Shown here: positions 1-12,304 of the stretch, in pieces
How positions within the stretch are numbered: position 1 is the first letter of the stretch
How the letters are laid out: every line of letters begins with the position of its first letter
Origin: Mobula hypostoma
Lineage: Eukaryota
DNA length: 64,000 nucleotides
Assembly: GCF_963921235.1 (NCBI RefSeq)
Contig: NC_086097.1
Coordinates: 147,624,001-147,688,000 of the forward strand
Direction of reading: 5' to 3'
The notes under the pieces: generated by a model
Told to the model about the DNA's origin: nothing
Database searches by the model: none
The model's input: the letters and a program-made list of their open reading frames with translations, nothing else
Translations under genes and position numbers: made by a program

Positions 1-1298
1 TGATATGTAACATTACAAGTCAATCAGGTAACTGAACGCCTGAAGCAACTGGTTGTGGATGAGAGCTGGATTTAAATAGGCTGCAGATGAGGAGCTGGAA
101 ATGAGTGGCAGGTGACTCCTGTTAATTGGCTGGAGACTGGAAGGTGTCTGCCTCTGCAGGTCTGGCAGGACGCCCCTTCCCATAGCTAGCACCTGACAGC
201 CGAAGGTGATCTGGATGGATTTGATGGAACTCCCCAATGTGCAATGGATCCAAGATAAAACTGGGTGACACCCAAGAGCTCTCCTCTGGGCCATGCCCTT
301 TCCAATCGACCAAGTACTACACACCCCATCCACATCAACATGAATCTATCAACCAGTGAACGGTTTACACTGGGTCAGCTTACACCATTCTTTCGAGGTC
401 GGTGGGCATCTCCCAGAAAGAAAGCTCACCTTTCAAACATTCCGAGAGATCATGATGGTAATGAGCCAGCAGTGCTTCCACGTTCCAACCACTCTCTGCT
501 GCGAGAGTCCTGAATTCCAAGGTGTAATCCAGCACTGAACGTGAGCCTTTTCACAGAACAAGTATCTGATCTGCTGCCTCCCTTCTACTTCCCAGATGAT
601 CAAAAGCCCTCTGCAGCTCAACAGTGAATTCCTCATACTTATTGCAGATGGTGGTTTTATTGTTCCAGTTAGTGGTGGTCCAGGTCAGGGCTTCCCCTGT
701 CAAGAGTGAAATGATGAAGGCAATCTTGCTCAGTCCAAAGAATACAGAGATGACTGCAGCTTGCAGTGCAAGACTGACAGGAAGTTGTGTCACTGGGGAG
801 GCGATCCATTGAAATATTTAGGTACCAGAATCCAGGGTCTGACAGAGATGCACAATGTTGCTGTAATGAGACAGAGAGTTGGTTGAGAGCGGTGAATAGA
901 TTGTCAATGGTTTCTTACCGCTTCAGGATCGTGTGCTCATGTCAGCGTAAGATTTCCTTTAGGAGAGCAAACTCTGATGTGTGAATCACCGATTCATTCA
1001 TCCTGTCAGGAAACCTAGAGGAGGCTTGAGACATAGAGCAGCAGAGAGAATTTAGTGGTGAGCAATCATTTTCATAATAAACTACAAAATTACAAGCCAC
1101 ATGGGGCACAAAATGAGAGAGAATGGATACTTAACATGACAAGGCAGTCAGATAACTGAAAGCTCAGAACAACTCGTTGTAGATTGTAGATGAGAGCTGG
1201 GTTTAAATAGGCTGCAGGTGATGAGTTGGAAATGAGTGGCAGGTTAGTCCTGTTAATTGGGTGGTGACTAGGAGGTGCCTGCCTTTGCAGGCCTGACA
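1..1298 (-). mobile_element. Internally deleted Ty3/Gypsy chromovirus (sushi-like) LTR element
   Basis: 5' LTR at 1004-1298 with TGTCAGG...CCTGACA termini. A second LTR copy at 1-167 (cut by the window edge) is preceded by a purine tract. Gag remnant KIAFIISLLTGEALTW...ELQRAFDH (551-793) and chromodomain remnant [18 protein letters not shown] (about 200-313). Confidence 0.85.
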
Positions 1299-1319
1299 AA
1301 AGGATCTTGGGTTCACATT

Positions 1320-2650
1320 ACACACATCAAAGTTGCTGGTGAACGCAGCAGGCCAGGCAGCATCTCTAGGAAGAGGTACAGTCGAAGTTTTGGGCTGAGA
1401 CCCTTTGTCAGGACTAACTGAAAGAAGAGCTAGTAAGAGATTTGAAAGTGGGAGGGGGAGGGGGAGATCCAACATGATAGAAGAGGACAGGAGGGGGAGG
1501 GATGGAGCCAAGAGCTGGACAGTTGGTTGGCAAAAGGGATACGAGAGGATCATGGGATAGGAGGCCCAGGGAGAAGGAAAAGGGGGAGGGGGGGGGAAAC
1601 GCAGAGGATGGGCAAGGGGTATAGTTAGAGGGACAGAGGGAGAAAAAGGAGAGTGAGAGAAAGAATGTGTGTATATAAATGAATGGATGGGGTACAAGGG
1701 GGAGGTGGGGCATTAGCAGAAGTTAGAGAAGTCAATGTTCATGCCATCAGGTTGGAGGCTATCCAGACGGAATATAAGCTATTGTTCCTCCAATCTGAAT
1801 GTGGCTTCATCTTTACAGTAGAGGAGGCCATGGATAGACATATCAGAATGGGAATGGGATGTGGAATTAAAATGTGTGGCCACTGGGAGATCCTGCTTTC
1901 TCTGGTGGACAGAGCGTAGGTGTTCAGCAAAACGATCTCCCAGTCTGCGTCGGGTCTCGCCAATATATAGAAGGCCACATCGGGAGCACCAGACGCAGTA
2001 TATCACCCCAGCCGACTCAGAGGTGAAGTGTCGCCTCACCTGGAAGGACTGTCTGGGGCCTTGAATGGTGATAAGGGAGGAAGTGTAAGAGCATGTGTAG
2101 CACTTGTTCCGCTTACAAGGACAAGTGCCAGGAGGGAGATCGGTGGGGAGGGATGGGGGGACGAATGGACAAGGGAGTCGCGTAAGGAGCGATCCCTGCA
2201 GAAAGCGCGGGGGGGGAGGGAAAGATAGGGGGGAGTCCTTCCAGGTGAGACGACACTTATATACACATATTCTTTCTCTCACTCTCCTTTTTCTCCCTCT
2301 GTCCCTCTGACTATACCCCTTGCCCATCCTCTGGGTTTTACCTCCCTCCCCCTTTTCCTTCTCCCTGGGCCTCCTGTCCCATGATCCTCTCATATCCCTT
2401 TTGCCAATCAACTGTCCAGCTCTTGGCTCCATCCCTCCCCCTCCTGTCTTCTCCTATCATTTCGGATATCCCCCTCCCCCTCCCACTTTCAAATCTCTTA
2501 CTAGCTCTTCCTTCAGTTAGTCCTGATGAAGGGTCTCAGTCTGAAACGTCGACTGTACCTCTTCCTAGAGATGTTGCCTGGCCTGCTGCATTCACCAGCA
2601 ACTTTGATCTGTGTTGCTTGAATTTCCAGCGTCTGCAGAATTCCTTGTGT
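1320..2650 (-). mobile_element. Penelope-like element, fold-back insertion: GIY-YIG end plus inverted terminal copy
   Basis: GVIYCVWCSRCGLLYIGETRRRLGDRFAEH (GIY-YIG) on the minus strand. 1320-1680 is inverted relative to 2259-2610. Probable TSD TTGGGTTCA(CA/TG)TT at 1307-1319 and 2651-2663. Confidence 0.9.
2519..2554 (+). ncRNA. Minimal hammerhead motif, core intact, weak stem II
   Basis: AGTC CTGATGA AGGGTCTCAGTCT GAAACGTC GACT. Confidence 0.6.
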
Positions 2651-2663
2651 TTGGGTTCATGTT

Positions 2664-2976
2664 CATAGTTCCATGAGTTTCATAGGTTCAAAAGTCACGA
2701 AGTTATGTTGCAGCTTTATAAAACCCTAGTTAGGCCACATCTGGAGTATTGCATACAGTTATGGTCAGCCCATTATAGGTATGATGTCAAGGCTTCAGAG
2801 AGGGTGCAGAAGAAGTTTTCCAGCATGCGCTTAGCAGGGATGTGCTGCAACGAGAATTTGAACAAACTTGAATTGTTTTTCTGGAATGGTGGAGGCTGAG
2901 GAATGATCTGATAGAGGTTTATAAGATTATGAGATGCATAGATAGAATAGACAAACAGTATCTTTTTACCAAGTTT
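2664..2976 (+). mobile_element. CR1 LINE ORF2 3' fragment
   Basis: LQLYKTLVRPHLEYCIQLWSAH motif. Confidence 0.85.
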
Positions 2977-4059
2977 GAAAAAGAGAGAGCCCCTTGCATA
3001 TAGGAGGCCCATTCAATTCATTGTACGATCAAATAGCCACATGCCCACTTGTAATATTCTCACAATTGATCTGATATGGTTCAAATATGATACTATCATA
3101 CTTGTGAACAGAGCAGTTGTTAGAAGTTCTTTGTCTAAAATGAGGTATATACCTCATGATTCCTAGAACATATTATGGAAAATTACATATTGGTTGATTA
3201 GTTGCACTAATGAAACACCTCAAAGCTCTTCAAATGGGAAATAAAGTAGTTTGCACAATGATGTACTGTATATAGAATCAATGAGGCCACATAACCAGCA
3301 GCAAATTAAACAACGGAGAAAGACAGTGTTCATCTGAAGCATTGAGGGAGATGTGAATAACATTGGTGAATTGAACACCGATTTCAGCATAGTGTAGCAA
3401 TACTGTTGTTTCTGCAGGAAATGGGAATAATTGGTGGCTCAAGTACAGATAAACTGTTAAAGCAATCTAGGAGTATACAATAAGGCACTTGAGTCCTTTA
3501 TCATGTACGAAAAGGATGGAATATTTTTAACTTAATAAAATGATCAAAATAGATATTAATGCTGAAAATGCATTGGCAGTGAATACTGCTGTGAGAGGGT
3601 ATAAAGGTTGCTCTCAAGATGGAGACTGGCTTTGCATTAATGTACCTGTATATACTTTACCTCTTTAATATGTATAGATGGAGAGAAAAACATATCGCAG
3701 CAACTTGAGAAGTGAATTTGAGGGTGGTAAATCTGACTGAAAGTAGGAATATACAAAATAGTAGCACAGAGCAGCACTACTGGCAAATGAATGCAAATAC
3801 ATGTTTATGAATAGCATTTTCATTCTGTATTTGAATTTATAATGAAGTAGATTTAACATAACTGATAAAACATTACAGCAAGCACCATTTAGTAATTAAG
3901 CTCTGATTATGTGGGAAGTTGATGCTAGAAGTGTAAAACGGGCAATTCCTGCAGTATGCTACTCTGTGCACTGGTTAATATTAAAACATTATTATTTTGG
4001 CCTGTGCTTTTATATATTAATATTCCCAGTTTAACAAATTGATCAACAAGGGTGTCAAT

Positions 4060-6365
4060 GCTTGATGTCAACGGAGGGATCTTGGGGTTCAAGTTGATGG
4101 TTCATTGAAAGTGGCCATGAAAGTAGGCATGGTGATAAGAACGGTGTACAGCATTTGTTGCATTTGTCAGTGCATTGAGTATAAGAGGAAGGAAGTCATG
4201 TTGCAACTATATAAAACTTTGGCTAGGTCAGACTTCTAGTACTGGGTGCAATTCTATTTCCCACTTTACAGATTTGGAAAGGGTGCAGAAGAGGTTCACT
4301 AGGATGCTGACTGGATTAGAAGGCATGAGCTATAATGAGAGGTTGGACAAACTTGGGTTGGTTGTTTAGTGATGGAAGCAGATAGAATAATGACATTTAA
4401 AAGGTTGTTAGATAAACATGAATATTCAGGAACTGGAGAGACCAGAATGTATATAGACAGAAGCTTAAGATGATGAGGACAGTTAATTGTGTAGAGCAAG
4501 TGCCAGATTTTAAAGCCAAGTGGGACTTTTGGGACTCTCCGTGGAGCTTAAGGTTGTTTGGGTTAATAGGCACCTGGCAAGGACCAATAGAAAGAAAGTC
4601 AGCTTAAGTGGACATCCGTTGTTGGAGAGGACCAGGGTAACAGTGAGGAGATGAGTCTTTGGCTCAAGAGGCTTTGACAAGAAGAGGCAGAGTCTAAGGT
4701 AAATTTCTTGTGAGTTTATTTATTTACCTATCTCTGTGCAGTTAGAGCATTGGGAATGACAGTAAGGACAGTGGAGTGCCCCTCTTGCGTGTTGCAGAAA
4801 GACAGGGAACCTCCAATATCCCTGATGACTACAACTGCAAGAGTTGCACCCAACTGCACCTTCTCACAGTCCATGTCAGAGAATTAGAGCTGGAGCTGGG
4901 TGACCTTTGGATCCTTTTGGAAACAAGGAGTGATACAGGGAAGTAGTTACACCTAAGCTTCAGGACATGGGTAACTGGGTGACCATCGGGAAAGGGAAGG
5001 GGACTAGGTAGCCAGTGCAGAATATCCCTGTGGCCATTCTCCTCAATAACAAGTATATTATTTGGTATACTGTTGGTAGGGGAAACAACCTAGCAGAGGA
5101 AAACCATAGCTGTCAGGTCCCTGGCACTGAATCTGGCTCCACGACTCAGAAGGGAAGGAGATTATAAATTGGAGAAAGCCTAATTTTGATGGCATCAGAA
5201 ATGCTGTGGCAGGTGTGGATTGGGATAGGCTGTTTTCTGAAAAAAGGGTGCTTAAGAAGTGGGTGGTCTTCGAAAGTGAAATGTTGAGAGTACAAAGTTT
5301 GTATGTTCTTGTTAGAATAAATGTTAAGGCTAAAAGTTTTAAGGAACCTTGGCTTTCAAAGGATATTGATGGCTTGGTTAAGAAAAAAAGGAGGTGCATA
5401 GCAGTTACAGGCAAGAAGGAACAAATTAGTTACATGAAGAGTATAAGAAATGCAAGAGAACAGTCAAGAGGGAAATCAGGAGGGCTAGACGAAGTCATGA
5501 GGTTGCTCTGGCAGAAAAGGTGAAGGAGAACCCTAAGGGCTTCTACAAATCTATTAAGAACAAAAGGATAGCAATGTGGTCCACTTGAAGATCAGCATGG
5601 TCATCCATGCATGGTGCCAACGAGATGGGGGAGAGAAATGGCAGATGAGTGATAGATTTTTTCATGCATCAGTTTAAAATTGGCTTAGCAGGAGAAGCTA
5701 TTGAGTGGTAGTGGAAGGTTGCTTCTCTGATTGGAGGCTTGTGACTACTGGTGTTTCACAAGGATTGGGGCAGGGTCCTTTGTTGTTTGTAATCTATTCT
5801 AATACTGTAAATTGCATCAGCAAATTTGTGAATGACACCACAACTAAGGGCATAGTGGACAGTGAGAAAGGTTATCAAAGCTTGCAGTGGGATCTGGACC
5901 AGTTGGGAAAATGGGCTGAAAAATGACAGATGGAATTTAATTGTGAAGTATTGCACTCTGGGAGGACAAACCAGGGTATGACATACACAGTGAGTTGTTG
6001 GGTAATGAAGTGTGGACTAGAAAAGATAGATCCAGGAATACGGATCCATAATTCCTTGAAAGTGTCATCACAGGTAGACAGGGTGGCAGAAAGAGCTCTC
6101 GGCACATTGGCCTTCATAAATTAGAGTTATAAGAACAGGAGTTAGGATGTTATGTTAAAATCGTTTAATATGTTGGTGAGGCCAGATATGGAGTATTGTG
6201 TATGGTTTTGGTCATCCACCTATAGGAAAGATATCAGTAAGATAGAAAGAGTACTGATAAAATTTACAAGGATATTGCTGGGACCTGAGGACCTGAGTTA
6301 TAGGGAAAAGATAGCATTTTATTAGTTATAGGATAGCACTTTATTCACTGGAGTGCAGGGGAATG
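4060..6365 (+). mobile_element. Decayed CR1 LINE fragments (at least two copies)
   Basis: LERVQKRFTRML (about 4275), VDWDRLF...PWLSKDI (5206-5400), VVEGCFSDWRLVTTGVSQG (5705) and RT C-terminal remnants, with many stops and frameshifts. Confidence 0.8.
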
Positions 6366-6709
6366 AAACAGTCCTACAAACCCAGGACGGGTCTTCTCAT
6401 GCCACCAGCCTCCAACCTCTGGTGTATTCACAGATTCACAGATATCGGGTCTTCCACTTCCACAACAGACATACAGTCTCACGATTCCAAGTCCGTCCTC
6501 AGCCATCGGACCTTGACTTTCAGACTTCCGATCCATCTTCAAGCTTCAATCTGCCAGTATCGACCTGGGACTCATTAATGACAATGAATGAGGTCCCTAC
6601 ACTCCAGGTCTCAAACTTCATACTCACCAATAATGGAACCCTGAACATTTGGCCTCGAACTCCATTCTCACCAGCTCTGTACCCAGCAAGTCACTAGTCC
6701 TCATGCCAC

Positions 6710-7055
6710 AAACAAGAGAAAATCTGCAGGTGCTGGAAGTCCGAGCAACACACACAAAATTCTGAAGGAGCTCAGCGGGCCAGGCAGCATCTATGGGGAA
6801 AAAATACAGTCGATATTTCGGCCGACATCCTTCAGCAGGACTGGAGAAAAAAAAGTTGAGGAGTAGATTTAAAAGGTGGGTGGAGGGGAGAGAGAAACAC
6901 CCGGTGATAGGTGAAAACTGGAAGGAGAAGGATGAAATAAAGAGCTGGGAAGTTGATTAGTGAAAGAAACAGAAGGCCATGGAAGAAAGAAAAAGAGGGG
7001 TGGAGCACCAGAGGGACGTGATGGGCGGGCAAGTAGATAAGGTGAGGGAGAGGGA
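6710..7055 (-). mobile_element. Penelope-like terminal fragment
   Basis: Same terminal sequence as other PLE copies, with a degenerate hammerhead at about 6808-6843. Confidence 0.8.
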
Positions 7056-10000
7056 CAAGATAGGCTGAAGCCAGCATGGTTTCATGAAGGATTGATCCTG
7101 CCTCACCAACCTATTGGAATTTTTTGAGGTAATCTCGAATAAGATTGACAAGGGAGAGGCTGTGGATGTTGTGTATTTGGATTTTCTTTTTCTTTCTTTT
7201 TCAATCTTTTTATTAGTTTCATAAAATACAAACATAACATAGCAATAATACAAAATTGTTGGAAATACATTGTTATACTTAAAATGAGTAATTGTAAAAC
7301 CAAATAGTATAAATTGACAAAACTCCCAATCATGTAGGATAACACAATGAATGTGTACAGGACAAAAAAAAACTCGAGAAAAATCATGAAAAAGAAAAAA
7401 AATAGGAAAAAAACCCCCACCCCAAAAAAAACTAAACTAAACAGAATTAGTCAACTAAACTAAAAAGACTTGGGCAATTCTAACAACGTAAAAATGGAAG
7501 AGAAGAAAACCTTAGTGTCGACGACTCCATTCCTCTCAACCAACAGTACAGAGAAGTAAAATAAGTTTGGAAATGGTCAAATTACATCATATGAAAATGC
7601 TGAATAAATGGCCTCCAAGTTTTTTCAAATTTAATGGAAGGGTCATAAACCACACTTATAATTTTTTCCAAATTCAAACACAACATAGTCTGTGAAAACC
7701 AGTGAAATACAGTAGGAGGGTTAATCTCTTTCCAATTCAGCAAAATGGATCTTCTAGCCATTAAAGTAAGAAATGCAATCATCCGGCGTGCTGAAGGGGT
7801 TAAATGATTTGAGTCTATCATTGGTAATCCAAAAATAGCAGTAATTGGGTGAGGTTGTAAGTCTGTATTCAAAACTGTTGAAATCATATCAAAAAATATC
7901 TTTCCAATATTTTTCCAACAAAGGACATCACCAAAACATGTGAGTTAAAGAGGCTATCTCGGAATAACATCTATCACATACAGGATTAATATAAGAATAA
8001 TAACGAGATAGTTTATCTTTGGACATATGAGTCCTGTGCACTACTTTAAACTGTATCAACACATGTTTAGCATATATAGAGGATAAATTAACCAATTGAA
8101 GAATTTTTTCCCATTTTTCAATCGGTATAATAATCTTAAGTTCTCTTTCCCAATCAGTTTTAATTTTATTGGAAACATCAGGACATAAATTCATAATTAT
8201 GTTATAAATAATTGCTACAACACTTCTCAGAGAGAGATTTAGATCTAAAATTTTTTCCAAAGTATCCATTGGATATGAGTGTGGAAAATTAGGAGAAGCA
8301 GTAATTAAAAAGTTTCTAATCTGTAAGTATCTAAAAAAGTGAGATCTGGGTAAATTATATTCATTAGAAAGTTGATCAAAAGACACGAAACAATTATCCA
8401 AAAATAAATCACGAAAACATACTATACCTTTGGTTTTCCAATCAAAGTAAGCTTGATCCATAGTGGAAGGTTGAAAAAGTAAATTAGATATAATAGGACT
8501 TGCTAAAATAAATTGATTGAACCCAAAAACTCTTCGGAATTGAAACCATATACGTAAAGTATGCTTAACTATTGGATTATTCATTTGTTTATACAATTTA
8601 GAAGAGATAAAAGGAAGCGAAGTTCCTAAAACCAAACCCAAAGAAGACCCTTGTAATGAATTACATTCAAGATTTACCCAATGTGGATTTAAGGATATAT
8701 TCAAATCTCATAAACAAAATTTTAAGCATTGAATATTAATTGCCCAATAATAAAACCTAAAATTCCGGAGGGCGAGCTCCCCCTCTTTTTTAGATTTCTG
8801 TAAATACCTTTTACCTAGCCTAGGATTTTTGTTCTGCCATATATATGAGGAAATTTTTGAATCAACATTATCGAAAAAAGATTTTGGGATAAAAATTGGA
8901 ACCAATTGAAATACATATAGAAATTTAGGCAAAATAATCATCTTAATAGCATTAATCCGACCAATCAAAGACAAAGAAATTGGTGATCATTTAATAAACA
9001 AAAGTTTAATCTGATCAAATTTGGATTTTCAAAAGGCCTTCGATAAGGTGCAGCATATGAGGCTGCTTAATAAGATGAGAGCCCATGGAATTATAGGAAA
9101 GATATTGAAATGGGTGGAGCATTGGCTGATAGGCAGAAAGCAAAGGGTGAGAATAAAGGGATCCTATTCTGATTGGTTGCTGGTTACTAGTAGTGTACCA
9201 CAGGGGTCGGTGTTGGGGCCACTTCTTTTTACGAGGTATATCGATGATTTGCATTATGTATTAAATGGTTTTGTGGCTAAATTTGCGGATGACACCAAGA
9301 TAGGTGGAGGAGCAAGAAATGTTGAAGAAACAGAAAGGTTGCAGAGAGACTTAGTCAGTTTAGGAGAGTGGGCAAAGAAATGGCAGATGAGATACAACGT
9401 TGACAAATGTACGGTTGTACATTTTGGAAGAAGAATTATTATTAGATGGGCAGAAAATTCAAAAATCGGAAGTTCAAAGGGACTTGGGGGTCCTCGTGCA
9501 GGATACCCTAAAGGTTAACCACCAAGTTGGATCGGTGGTAAGGAAAGCGAATGCTATGTTGGCTTTCATTTCAAGAGGAATAGTGTATAAGAGTAAGGAG
9601 GTGTTGATGAGGCTCTATGGGGCATTAGTGAGACCTCATTTGGAATACTGTGTGCAGTTTTGGGCCCCCTATCTTAGAAAGGATGTACTGATGTTGGAGA
9701 GAGTTCAGAGAAGATTTACGAGGATGATTCCTGGAATGCAGGGGCTAACATATGAGGAGCGTTTGTCGGCTCTCGGACTGTATTTATTAGAGTACAGAAG
9801 AATGAGAGGGGATCTCATAGAAACATTTCGAATGTTGAAAGGGTTGGACAGAGTAGATGTGGAAAGGTTGCTTCCCTTGGTGGGTGAGTCCAGGACAAGA
9901 GGCCATAGTCTTAGAATTAGAGAGTACCCAGTTAAAACAGAGATGAGGAGAAATTATTTTAGCCAGAGGGTTGTGGATTTGTGGAATTCGTTGCCACATA

Positions 10001-10195
10001 CAGCTGTGGAAGCCCGATCATTGAGGGTGTTTAAGGAGGAGATTGACAGGTATCTAATTAGTCAGGGTATCAAGGGATATGGGAGAAAAGCCAGAAATTG
10101 GAACTAGATGGGTGTATAGTTTAGCTCATGGGGAGCTGCGGAGCAAACTCGATGGGCCGAATGGCCTACTTCTGCTCCTTTGTCTTGTGATCTTC
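7056..10195 (+). mobile_element. CR1 LINE 3' half (RT domain), split by an L1
   Basis: QHGF..LTNLLEFF..VDVVYLDF before the L1. After it: [35 protein letters not shown] and the 3' UTR. Confidence 0.93.
7187..9018 (-). mobile_element. 5'-truncated L1-clade LINE
   Basis: SLIGRINAIKMIILPKFLYVFQ and the C-terminal Cys motif CDRC..HMFW; A-rich tail; 12-bp TSD ATTTGGATTTTC (7175-7186, 9019-9030); the empty site TTTTC/AAAA fits L1 endonuclease preference. Confidence 0.93.
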
Positions 10196-10199
10196 TGAG

Positions 10200-11448
10200 A
10201 GAAAGGGGGATGGAAAATGGTGAAGGAGGTGGGGTGGGAGGCATTACCGGAAGTTTGAGAAATTGCCATCAGGTTGGAAGCTACCCAAACATAATATGTG
10301 GTGTTGTTCCTCCAACCTAAGTGTGGCCTCATCATGACAGTGGAGGAGGCTATGGATGGACATATCAGAATGGGAATGGGAAGTGGAATTAAAATGGTGG
10401 CCACTGGGAGATCCCGCTTTTTCTGGTGAGGAGATGCTCGGCAAGTGGTTTCACAAACTATGTCAGGTCTCCCCGATATACAGGAAGCCCCATCGGGAGA
10501 GCCAGACACAGTATATGATCCCAACAGCCTCACAGGTGGAGTGTCCCCCCACCCCTTTAAGGACTGTTTAGGACTCTGAATGGTGGTGAGGGAGGAGGTG
10601 TAGGGTAAGGTGTAGCACTTGTTCCACTTGCAAGGATAAGTGCCAGGAAGGAGATCATTGGGGAGGGATGAATGGACAATGGAGTCATGTGGGAAGTGAT
10701 CCCTTTGGAAAGCAGAAAGTGGGGGGGGGGTGAAAGGGAAAGAAATGGTGGTAGGATCCTGTTGCAGGTGGTGGAAGTTTCAGAGAGTTATGTGCTGGAC
10801 GTGGAGGTTGGTGGGGTGATAGGTGCATGAAATGGAAGAGATGGAGTTAAGGGCAGCATTGATGGTGGAGGAAGGGAAGCCCCTTTCTTTGAAAAAGGAG
10901 GACATCTCCTTTGTTCTAGAATGAAAAACCTCATCCTGACAGCAGATGTGGTGGAGTCGGAGGAATTGAGAGAAGGGGATGGCATTTTTATAAGTAGCAG
11001 AGTGGGATGAGGTAGTCTAGGTAGCTGTGAGAGTCCATGGGTTTGTAATGGACATTGGTGGATAAGCTGTCTCCGGAGATACACAGTGAGATCGAGAAAG
11101 GGAATGGAGCTGTGGGAAATGGACCAGGTGAATTTGAGGGCTAGGTTGAAGTTGGAGGCAAAGTGGACGAAGTCTACGAGTTCAGCATGGATGCAGAAAG
11201 CAGCACCAATACAGTCATCGATGTAGTATAGGAAAAGGGCGGAACAGTCACCAGTGTAAGCTTGGAACATCGAGAAAGCAAAGGGAGGTGTCAGAAATGA
11301 ACCAGGTAAATTTCAGGGCAGTGTGGAAGTCGGAGGCAAAGTGGTTGAAGTCGACGAGTTCAGCACGGGTGCAGGAAGCAGCACCATTGCAGCCATCAAT
11401 TTAGCGTAGGATATGTGCGAGATGATCACCAACGTAGGCTTGGAACAT
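10200..11448 (-). mobile_element. Decayed Penelope-like element (RT and endonuclease remnants)
   Basis: YYIDDCIGAA, ALKFTWSIS and HFNSTSHSHSDMSIH motifs shared with the copy at 19904-21550. Confidence 0.88.
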
Positions 11449-12304
11449 ATGCCACATGCCACCTGTACACACAAAACACCTGTCTTGAAACCTGCCAACA
11501 ACTCATTCTCGTTTACATGTGGGGCCACCACCCCACGTCCTCACTGGTCTGCTAGCCTAACATCCATCCATCGATGTATTCCTTACACATCCACATGACA
11601 TTTGGCAGAATAACAGTTCAGCATGGACTAGACAGGCTAAGTAGCCTATTTCTATGCTGTATTGCTCTGACTATATGTCTCTATGAAAAGAAATTTTGTT
11701 TATTTCGCCACTGTGTTCAGTACAGACATCCTGTCTTGTGATGGAGAGTTGCACAATCATGCACTCATTTATCTGAGTTTTAAAAAATTGCAAGACCACA
11801 TGGAAAGCATTGTGGAGTGATGTAGAATGGGATTGAGCTACCAGCAGCCAACAGAAGGCTGAATGTTCCTTTCCTCATGCTATGATGGATTTGCTTTGAA
11901 ATATATTCATTACAACTATACAAACCAATGTATGAACTATTTTCGACAAAGAAGGATCCCACAAACATTAATCAGCTGAATAGCCAATTAATTAGACACA
12001 TAACTATTCCTTCAACATCTTTTGGATTCTATTGAATTCAAAATCTATTGACCTAGAGCAACATATAATCAGCCGATTCAGTTTCAAATTAAAGACAAAA
12101 GGCCTATCTCTGATCAAAAATTACTATAAAAGGTCATCTTTATGATTCGTATACCTTATTAGTTCACCAACCTTAATATTCCTCCATTTTATCTCAATAA
12201 CAAATTGCCCATCCATTATCCAATCTGTGGTCCCTTGGGCAAAATAAGTCCACACCATTTTCATTTAATTTATATTCTGAACTGATATAAGACAGAGGAA
12301 CAGA

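Noticed and set aside
1203..1697. Recurrent Pro/Leu-rich ORFs (LLAPSLPLLSS...SVSPDEGS...DAAWPAAF), also at 19896, 30325 and 31873
   Set aside because: These are translations of the pyrimidine-rich PLE terminal repeat, not a gene family.
3140..3157. Perfect 18-bp palindrome ATGAGGTATATACCTCAT
   Set aside because: About 0.25 such palindromes are expected by chance in 64 kb at equal base frequencies (64000/4^9), and there is no supporting context.
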